Positions 1 to 7,212 are shown, counted from the stretch's first letter. The stretch is DNA of 9,399 bases from Octopus sinensis (GCF_006345805.1 NW_021827995.1:1-9399); one strand, 5' to 3'. Numbers and translations are program-made. The notes: a model not told the origin generated them from the letters alone.

Positions 1-600
1 CACACCCGCACCCTTCACTCACTCTCTTTCTCTTCCCCCCTCTCTCTCCCCCGCTTTCACACACACACGTCCATTTCATATACACGTACATATATCTTTT
101 ACTTTCTCCTCTCTGACTTTAAAACAAAAGTAATTAAATAATTTTTTTTTCGGAAATGAACGAACTCCGGATGATGAAATCACATCCAGTTAAAAATATT
201 TTTAAATGATTAAAATATTGTGTACGTTAGAAAGCCGACGTTTCTTTTTCTCAGAGAGCGCGAGGACAATGTGTAGGTATATGTCACAGATAATGAACGT
301 GTGTTTGTGTTGACTGACACGCCATGACATCCATTGTATGTGTATGTATTCTGTATGTGTATGTGTGTTGACGTTACGGAAGCAATGTTTATTTTTTCGA
401 CAAGAAATTACAAACAGAAATTGTGTTTAATCGTTATCCTTAATAAATAGGGTCCTACATATCACAAAAATGTGTAGTGCACTGCCGAAGGTATGTAAAT
501 AAATGTTAAAAAAATTAAGATAAAATTTACTATTTCTGAGATATTTCAGTTACACACAGACATCCCTACAGTTTTAGCATTATCAAGATATATATATACA

Positions 601-763
601 CGACGGGCTTCTTTTCTATTTCCGTCTACCATATTCATTCACTAAGCTTTGGTCGGCATGAGGCTGTAGTATAGGACACTTGCGCAAAGTGCCACGTAGT
701 GGAACTGAACCCGGAACCATGTGGTTGACAAGCAACCTCTTTACCACATAACCACGCCTGCGC
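601..763 (-). mobile_element. tRNA-derived SINE, 5' head region (resembles octopus SINE families)
   Basis: On the minus strand there is an A-box-like TGGTTATGTGGT (754-743) and a B-box-like GGTTCAGTTCC (711-701), followed by a body ...GTAGACGGAAATAGAAAAGAAGCCCGTCG and a (TA/CA) tract. The family and taxon assignment is from recall of octopus SINEs, not from a search. Confidence 0.75.
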
Positions 764-930
764 TTGTAATATACAAATTATTTTTTAAATGATTTTAAAT
801 ACTATTCTTAATGATGTTTAATTTAATAAAAATTTAAAAAGGATTTCTTTTTAAACATGTACATGATATGAGGGCCCATTTCTATTTAGGTGTCAACGAT
901 CCATATGTAAAAAATGGTTTGAAATCACTG

Positions 931-968
931 CTAGAGAAGGCTGTTTAAAAATCTTTGCAATATAAGTT
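931..968 (-). CDS. Candidate short terminal coding exon of the C-type lectin gene (K-LILQRFLNSLL*)
   Basis: Acceptor tctctctttag| (AG at 970-969) follows an ~500-nt pyrimidine tract. Joined to the phase-1 donor at 1508 it gives A|AA then LILQRFLNSLL and TAG at 933-931. ATTAAA lies downstream on the minus strand (827-822). There is no protein-motif support. Confidence 0.3.
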
Positions 969-970
969 CT

Positions 971-1414
971 AAAGAGAGAAAGAGAGAAAGAGAGAAAGAG
1001 AGAAAGAGAGGGAGACAGAGAGAGGGGGAGTGAGAGAGAGGGTGTGAGAGAGAGACAGAGAAACTCAGAGAGAGAGAGCGAGAAAGAAGAAAGAAAGAGA
1101 GAAAGAGAGAGAGGGAGAGAGAAAAGGCGATAAAGAAAGAGACGGAGAGAGATGGGAGAGAGAAAGAAAGAAAGAGAAAGAGAGAGAAAGAGAGAGAAAG
1201 AAAGATAGAGAGGAGGAGAGAAATGGGGAGAGAGGGGTAGAGAAAGAAAGAAAGAATGAGAGTGGGAGAGAGGAAGAAAGAAAGACAGAAAGAAAGAGAG
1301 AGTGAAAGAGAAGGAGAGAGGAAGAAAGAAAGAGTGAGAGAGAAAGAAAGAGAGAGGGAGAGAGAAAGCGGGAGAGAGATGAGAGATACTGAGGGAAAGA
1401 CAAGGAAATAAAGT

Positions 1415-1472
<58 letters not shown>

Positions 1473-1480
1473 AAGAGAAA
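971..1480. repeat. Compound GA/GAAA purine-rich microsatellite, ending in a pure (GA)n run
   Basis: About 510 nt of almost only A/G on the + strand; it produces the poly-SL ORFs in the track. Confidence 0.97.
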
Positions 1481-1507
1481 ATCGGGAAAATAGGGGGTTG
1501 AGCATAC

Positions 1508-1718
1508 TTGATTCGCATACGACTTCCCCATAAGCAGTAGAACATCCACGGTCACGCCATGACTTGCCGGCTTGAACTTTAGATGTGGAGCATGGTTCAC
1601 TCGATGAATCGGATATCTCCCCGCTCATCCAGTTTCGCCAGGTTGTCGTTTCCTTTGTCATCCACGTCCAACCACCAACTCTCTGAGTTGTGAGGAACCC
1701 ATCCAAAATTCAGCTGAC
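1508..1718 (-). CDS. C-type lectin-like domain, C-terminal-half exon, frameshifted near 1697-1695
   Basis: Acceptor ccttcacgcag|G (exon starts at 1718) and donor TCA A|gtatgc (exon ends at 1508). It reads SAEFWMG, then after a frame change LTTQRVGGWTWMTKETTTWRNWMSGEISDSSSEPCSTSKVQAGKSWRDRGCSTAYGEVVCES. This shows W-x-G-L, W-x-W, NW-x-x-GE, a WND-like WRD, three Cys and a terminal VCE, the CTLD pattern. Confidence 0.85.
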
Positions 1719-1755
1719 CTGCGTGAAGGATCATGGCGAAGAGAATAGTGAATTG

Positions 1756-2238
1756 GATGACGATAATGACGATGATGATGATGAGGACGACGATGATGAC
1801 GATGACGATGACGATGATGACGATGATGACAATGATGATCACGATGATGATGATGATGATGATTACGATGATGATGATGATGATGATGATGATGACGATG
1901 ATGATGATGATGATGATGACGACGACGACGATGGTGATGATGATGATGATGAGGATAATGATGATGATGATGATGATGACGATGCTGATGATGATGATGA
2001 CGATGATGATGATGATGGTGATGACGATGAAGATGATGATGATGATGATGATGACGACGATGATGATGATGACGATGATGATGATGATGACGATGATGAC
2101 AACGACGACGACGACGACGACGACGATGATGATGATGATTACGATGAGGACTGATGTGTGATGATGATGATGATAATTGAAGATGATTATGATGATGATG
2201 ATGATGGTGACGACGACGACGACGGTGGTGGTGGTGGT
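1756..2238. repeat. Compound (GAT/GAC)n trinucleotide microsatellite
   Basis: About 480 nt of GAT/GAC with a short GGT run at the end; it produces the poly-D, poly-M, poly-H and poly-S ORFs. Confidence 0.97.
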
Positions 2239-2448
2239 TTATGAAAAGAGTGAAAAGTTCTGGTATTGCGGAGGTTATGCGCATTGTTTAGCTGTAGTTG
2301 ATGTGAAAGATGAAAGACGTTTCCATTGTGACCACCTTGGATATCTATAAAGACTTCATCCTGCAGTGGTCCGTACGGTTCCTATAATAAGTTGCTAAGA
2401 TATCCGGTTGTAAGTATTTTGCCGCCATTTCTTGTAGCGCGAACGACT

Positions 2449-3385
2449 ATGTATGTGCGTATGTGTGTGTGTGTATGTATGCATGTGTGTAAATATGTTT
2501 GTGTTTGTATGTATGTGTGTGTGTATATATGTATGTATGTGTATGAATGTATGTGTGTGTATATATATATATATATATGTATGTATATGTATGTATGTGT
2601 GTGTGTATGTATGTATGTATATGTATACGTATGTATGTAAGCATGTGCATGTATGCATGTATGTGTGTGTATGTGTGTGAATGCATGTATGTATGTGTGT
2701 ATGTATGTGTGTGTGTGTATGTATGTTTGTGTATGTATGAATATATGTGTGTGTGTATGTATGTATATATGTATGTGTGTGTGTATGTATGTATATGTGT
2801 GTGTATGTATGTATGTACGTATGTGTGTATGTCTGTGTATGTACGTTTGTATGTGTGTGTATGTATGTGTGTGTATGTATGTGTGTGTATGTGAATGTAT
2901 GTATGTATGTGTGTGTGTATGTATGTCTGTACATGTATGTATGGATGTGTGTGTATGTATATATATGTGTGTGTATGTATGTATATGTATATGTGTGTAT
3001 ATGTATGTGTGTACGTGTGTATGTATGTATGTATGTATGTGTATGTATGTATGTATGTGTGTGTCTATGTATGTGTGTATATGTATGTATGTATGCGTGT
3101 GTGTGTATTTATGTATGTATATATGTGTGTGTATGAGTATGTATGTGTGTGTGTATGTATGTATGTATGTATATATATGTGTGTCTGAATATGTATATAT
3201 ATGCATATATGTATGTGTCTGTATGTGTATGTATGCGTGAGTATGTGTGTGTACAAATGCATGTATGTGTATGTATGTGTGCGTATGCATGAACGTGGAA
3301 GTATGCATGTATGTATGTATGTAGGTATATATGTATGTATGTATGTATGTATTTATGTATGTATGTATGTGTGTGTATGTATGTA
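2449..3385. repeat. Compound (GT)/(GTAT)/(AT) microsatellite
   Basis: About 940 nt of alternating purine-pyrimidine sequence; it produces the YVCM/HTYI ORFs. Confidence 0.97.
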
Positions 3386-3493
3386 TTACTGATGCATTAT
3401 GTAGTTACGTACGGCAATGTACCAAAACTCGTCTATGTTTTACAAAGTATTGAATACTATACCTGCTTTCTGTCTTTTTTTAATACTGGGCCT

Positions 3494-3790
3494 ACATACA
3501 TACATACATACATACATACATACATACATACATACATAATACATACATACATTCACACATACTTACGTACATCCACACTCGTATATACATGCATACATAC
3601 AAACATACAGACACACACATACGTACGTAGATACATGCACACATACGTACATACATGCACACATACGTACGTACGTACATACAGACACATACATACATGC
3701 ATACATTCATACGTATGCATAAGTATCTTTATGTATGTATGTATGTATGTATGTATGTATGTATGTATGAAAGAATGTATATATGTGTAT
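3494..3790. repeat. (ATAC)n tract followed by an oppositely oriented (GTAT)n tract
   Basis: ACAT repeats at about 3494-3722 switch to GTAT repeats at about 3730-3790. Confidence 0.95.
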
Positions 3791-4074
3791 GAATACATGA
3801 TAAAGTTACGAAAGACACAAGATGCATTTTATACCATTTGTTTCCATATTTATATCACTGGTTATGGTATATCTCTGGTGAAAATAGTTGCAACGGTTTC
3901 ATGTAGACTATTGCGCTCGGTACTATTGACCACTCTTCGGACACGCTAGTTGGAAGCGCATAATCTCTTATATGCTAGAGGTAAAGATACTGTCCACGTT
4001 TGCCTTTTGATGACAAACGAAAAAGTGCTGAAATATTTCACAGGAGAAAAGAAGTTGCCTTCGGCTCTGGTTGG

Positions 4075-4315
4075 AGCATGTCCGCTGTCTATGTGAATAT
4101 ACTTTTCTGTCTCTCGTCTGAAGAACAGGACGACGACCACGTTGCTAAAGCGACTTTCACTCGATAAGAATAGTAGCACAATAATTCACTTTCTGAGTTC
4201 AGTAAGATATCTGGATCATGTGAATATTTTGAGACTGATTCTCCTCTCATCCAAGCAAGGCTTGTAACTTCTACTTCCATTTAGATATGGCCCCGGCTGT
4301 TCTCGTAGGATGGCC
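4075..4315 (-). mobile_element. Penelope-like element remnant: C-terminus of GIY-YIG endonuclease
   Basis: The minus strand reads ILREQPGPYLNGSRSYKPCLDERR and, after a frameshift, KYSHDPDILLNSESELLCYYSYRVKVALATW. This matches the PLE endonuclease tail pattern Y-x-NG-S-x-x-C-x-LC-L-x-EK...LLN-x-x-SE...H-x-x-KF-x-L as I recall it. It is an inverted homolog of 4620-4860. Confidence 0.7.
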
Positions 4316-4407
4316 CTCAATAAGCATAACTAAAGAGTATCGTTCAGCTGTGCGCCTCGTATGAAAAAAGGTTTTAGTGAACTCCGAAAAGCCTCGCGAA
4401 GAGTTTA

Positions 4408-4860
4408 ATGTGTAACGTTAACAGTGAGTGCCCAGTTCAATGGAAAACAACAGATGGACGCACATACGAAAAACGTTAGGTCAGCGGAGGGTCTCTTTAA
4501 CGCCAGGCTAAACAATAACAGATCCTCTTTCAGATTCCAATTGGAAAGCGTTGTTATAATATTAGTCAGCTATATATGACGATTAAAAGAGAAGGGAACG
4601 CTGTATAAAATCAACTGTAAACTGCTGGGACAGCCTGGGCTATATCTGAATGGAAGTATACGTTATAAACTTTGCTTGGCCGAGAGGAGATCAGTGTAAA
4701 GATTTCACATGATACGAGTGACTTCCTGGACGTTAAAAGCGAAATATTTCGTTACTATCCCCATGAAAAGAGATTCAGTTTGCAACGTGGTCGCTCCCTT
4801 ATTTTTTTTTTAACAAGAAACAGAAAAAATTTATACACACGGACAACACACAACATGTTT
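4408..4860 (+). mobile_element. Penelope-like element remnant: decayed Cys-rich linker plus GIY-YIG endonuclease
   Basis: CNVNSECPVQ...TTDGRTY (4411 onward), then after a frameshift SAEGLFNARLNNNRSSFRFQLES..LVSYI*RLKEKGTLYKINCKLLGQPGLYLNGSIRYKLCLAE (4481 onward), then KISHDTSDFLDVKSEIFRYYPHEKRFSL. It carries stops and frameshifts, and the GIY-strand segment appears deleted. Confidence 0.8.
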
Positions 4861-5108
4861 TCGTTCTGGTTCTGGTTCTTTTCTGTTTGGTTACTGCTCG
4901 AATTGATTTCATATTCGGTGTAATGACATAGTTTTGTCTGCTAATCACTCCCTTGAAATTAATTTTCGCAACAAATCAATAAATAAAGAGTTATTAGCTT
5001 TTAAAGTTTGGAAATCTTGGTAATTTTAGCCAATCGTAAGCCACAGACACATTCATGCCTGTTTCCACAGTAAGAAGCCAAGCACGAGAACTCTTTTGTC
5101 TGCGAGGG

Positions 5109-5160
5109 AGCACGTGTTGACAAATATATTCCACTCATTAAGGGAGTCGTCAGACGTGCT
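5109..5160 (-). ncRNA. Degenerate type I hammerhead-like motif
   Basis: Minus strand: AGCACGT-CTGACGA-CTC(ccttaat)GAG-TGGAA-TATATTTGTC-AAC-ACGTGCT. The core and stems I and II are present, but GAAA is altered and there are 3 extra nt after GTC. Confidence 0.45.
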
Positions 5161-5546
5161 AAAAATAACAGCCAAATAGGCCTTAAATCCCGCACCAAAA
5201 ATGTTCTGTTTATTTTTGGATAATCGCATGAATTCCTGTGTGTAGAATACAAATAATGCAGATCGATAGTTTGTACTTTTACTTCGTTATTCAATATTGA
5301 ACTACTTCACCAGGAAAACTGCGGAGAAATGGTATCATAAGCTAATTTCTCTAGACAGAGAGACAGACAGATCGCTTGCTCGATATAAGAATGATAGAAC
5401 AGCTTGGATGTCATGTTACTCCTCCTAAGTGTGTTAAGTGCCGCTATCTTTCTTTTCTGCGCTTGGATGATTTAGCGATTCGCTAATGTGTATATATAAA
5501 ATAAATATAAACAGCAGTTGGCAATGTTTCACCAAAATGGAGAATT

Positions 5547-5838
5547 ACAAATGTCCCTAAATGTGACCAAGGTGTTAGGAAACACCTACACTATTAGAAA
5601 TAAGAGTCCGTAAAGAGTCAAACAATCGAGCGGTCTTAACTGATAAGGCAACGGAAATTGCCGAAACAGACTCGTCAGAATTAAGAATTCTCGATCGGCA
5701 CTTTTCGTACGATTATGGTCCCTATTAGTGTATATGTTTTCATTCATGTGCTTTAACTATAGCATTAGAGCGGTTTAGCTCTTATTTCTAGCAATGTAGG
5801 TGTTTCCTAACACCCTAGTCACATTTAGCGACATTTGT
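5547..5838. mobile_element. 292-bp element with 60-bp terminal inverted repeats (MITE-like or inverted PLE-derived)
   Basis: 5547-5606 versus the reverse complement of 5779-5838 match at 54/60 by hand alignment. If the ends are CAAATG...CATTTG, the flanks are TA (left) and TG (right), so a TA target-site duplication is only half supported. Confidence 0.75.
5634..5686 (+). ncRNA. Degenerate type I hammerhead-like motif inside the TIR element
   Basis: TCTTAA-CTGATAA-GGCAA(cggaaa)TTGCC-GAAA-CAGACTCGTCAGAA-TTAAGA. Stem I (6 bp), stem II (5 bp) and GAAA are intact. G8 is A and the triplet next to stem I is GAA rather than NUH. Confidence 0.55.
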
Positions 5839-5842
5839 GTGC

Positions 5843-5877
<35 letters not shown>

Positions 5878-5878
5878 C

Positions 5879-6047
5879 TTTATTTGTGTATTAAGGTTAC
5901 CATTAGTTTCATGTTAAGAAAATATCTTAATATCATAACAATTTTTCAAGCCGATCACATGAGGGAATGATATTCCGGCCTGAAAATTTGTTCAGATATT
6001 AAGGTTTCTTAATATGAAGCCAACGGTAGCCTTAATACACAAATAAA
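5879..6047. repeat. 169-bp foldback element (75/72-bp arms, 22-nt spacer)
   Basis: 5879-5953 versus the reverse complement of 5976-6047 match at about 62/75 by hand, with 18 perfect terminal bp (TTTATTTGTGTATTAAGG). Confidence 0.85.
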
Positions 6048-6102
6048 AAAATTTATTCACCAATGCAGTGTTCAGCACTCATTCTTGTCGTTCGACGTTT
6101 TC

Positions 6103-6103
<1 letters not shown>

Positions 6104-6181
<78 letters not shown>
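6104..6181. repeat. (TA)n microsatellite, left flank of the hammerhead repeat element
   Basis: Near-pure TA run. Other (TA)n tracts lie at about 5844-5872, 6993-7097, 7325-7522 and 7906-7987. Confidence 0.97.
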
Positions 6182-6184
<3 letters not shown>

Positions 6185-6187
<3 letters not shown>

Positions 6188-6247
6188 GAGCTGACGAAAG
6201 AAATGCTGATTTTATTTGGCTAATCTTGAAACGTTGATGTACTCAAA
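6185..6247 (+). ncRNA. Type I hammerhead ribozyme, copy 1 (predicted cleavage after A6241)
   Basis: Stem I TTTGAG/CTCAAA; core CTGACGA (6191-6197); stem II AAGA/TCTT with possible GCTGA/TTGGC extension; GAAA (6228-6231); stem III ACGT-TG-ATGT with one G.U; GUA triplet. Confidence 0.88.
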
Positions 6248-6748
6248 CGATCTATGTACTTGTGATATTTTTCTGTATTTACCTCCAAACCTTCGTGAGC
6301 TGTCTGGAGTAAACATTATCTGAGAGAAATTTTCTTTAAGTTGTAGAAATGGCTAAAAAATTTTTTTTTTTTGGCTGCTATTTCTACTAAGTCCAGTATG
6401 TGGCAAAATAATTTATTTTACTAAGCCCTAATTATATAATGTAATATTTTGAATTCGCCTTAAATGGTCCTTTTACATACTGAACACTTGGTGAAATTGA
6501 TTAATTAATTTTACCCTCAATTGTTGATATTATAATTCATTTCTCTCTGTCATACTGCCTTGGTTCTCGCGGTTAAAATATAATGTTTGCTAGATAGACC
6601 ACGTGGGTGGAAAAGGTTTGCAGAGATTTACGCCTGCGCATTTTGAATTTGTTGGCACTAGCAGTTGGAGCTGGTTCATTTGAAGCGACAAGTTCGCCAA
6701 GAGGTAAAGTTCCTTCTTTTTAGTGTTTCCAAATCCAAATTAAGAAAT

Positions 6749-6811
6749 TTTGAGCTGACGAAAGAAATGCTGATTTTATTTGGCTAATCTTGAAACGTTG
6801 ACGTACTCAAA
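6749..6811 (+). ncRNA. Type I hammerhead ribozyme, copy 2 (predicted cleavage after A6805)
   Basis: Same as copy 1 but with a perfect stem III ACGT-TG-ACGT. Core CTGACGA at 6755-6761, GAAA at 6792-6795, GUA triplet at 6803-6805, CTCAAA at 6806-6811. Confidence 0.9.
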
Positions 6812-6990
6812 CGATCTATGTACTTGTGATATTTTTCTGTATTTACCTCCAAACCTTCGTGAGCTGTCTGGAGTAAACATTATCTGAGAGAAATTTTCTT
6901 TAAGTAGTAGAAATGGCTAAAAAAATTTTTTTTTGGCTGCTATTTCTACTAAGTCCAGTATGTGGCAAAGTAATTTATTTTACTAAGCCC

Positions 6991-7036
<46 letters not shown>

Positions 7037-7043
7037 ATATTAT

Positions 7044-7074
<31 letters not shown>

Positions 7075-7177
7075 TATATATATACATACATATATATAAA
7101 GGAATTCAAAAAATGGGACAAGAACGCAAAAGATCCAGACATCTAGATGATACAAAAAAAGGACAAGAAAAAACACG

Positions 7178-7212
7178 GACGGGTCATTTGAAGTTTTCTT
7201 TCCTCAGTCGAG
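7178..7212 (-). ncRNA. Possible heavily decayed hammerhead-like motif
   Basis: Minus strand: CTGAGGA-AAG(aaaa)CTT-CAAA-TGACCC-GTC. GAAA is CAAA and stem I does not pair. Confidence 0.25.

Larger units (their letters stand above)
6182..7001 (+). mobile_element. Non-autonomous hammerhead-bearing partial tandem repeat (retrozyme / Penelope pseudo-LTR-like), 564-bp period
   Basis: Direct repeats 6182-6439 and 6746-7001 differ by 3 substitutions plus A/T homopolymer length and are separated by 306 bp of unique sequence. Each begins with a hammerhead. The whole element is flanked by (TA)n on both sides. No TG...CA termini and no ORF are evident. Confidence 0.75.

Noticed and set aside
2240-2381. 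Open minus-strand frame EPYGPLQDEVFIDIQGGH... after a ttattatag acceptor
   Set aside because: There is no recognisable motif. In the phase-2 frame required by the upstream lectin exon it hits TAG after 11 codons.
893-3949. Long ORFs rich in SL, D, M, H, S, YVCM or HTYI
   Set aside because: They are translations of microsatellites in several frames and on both strands. Only the non-repetitive part of 1065..1706 (the lectin exon) is supported.
4054-4072. GAGCC-GAA-GGC-AAC on the minus strand, like a hammerhead stem II downstream of the PLE ORF end
   Set aside because: It has no CTGA core and no intact GAAA, so it is too short to support.
3946-4280. Cys/Trp patterns in minus-strand ORFs that looked like extra lectin domains
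   Set aside because: They are better explained as the inverted Penelope-like endonuclease remnant, given DNA homology to 4628-4860; key CTLD spacing is absent.
5634-5686. Minus-strand CTGACGA core (5678-5672) as a hammerhead on the opposite strand
   Set aside because: No GAAA follows on that strand.
6670-6722. ELVHLKRQVRQEVKFLL, faintly like the PLE endonuclease end, just upstream of hammerhead copy 2
   Set aside because: Only R..KFLL matches and the upstream Cys/LC motifs are absent; it is not distinguishable from chance by eye.
6182-7001. LTR/TRIM retrotransposon or CRISPR interpretation of the direct repeats
   Set aside because: There are no TG...CA termini or evident PBS/PPT, and two 257-bp repeats in eukaryotic DNA do not fit a CRISPR repeat-spacer array.
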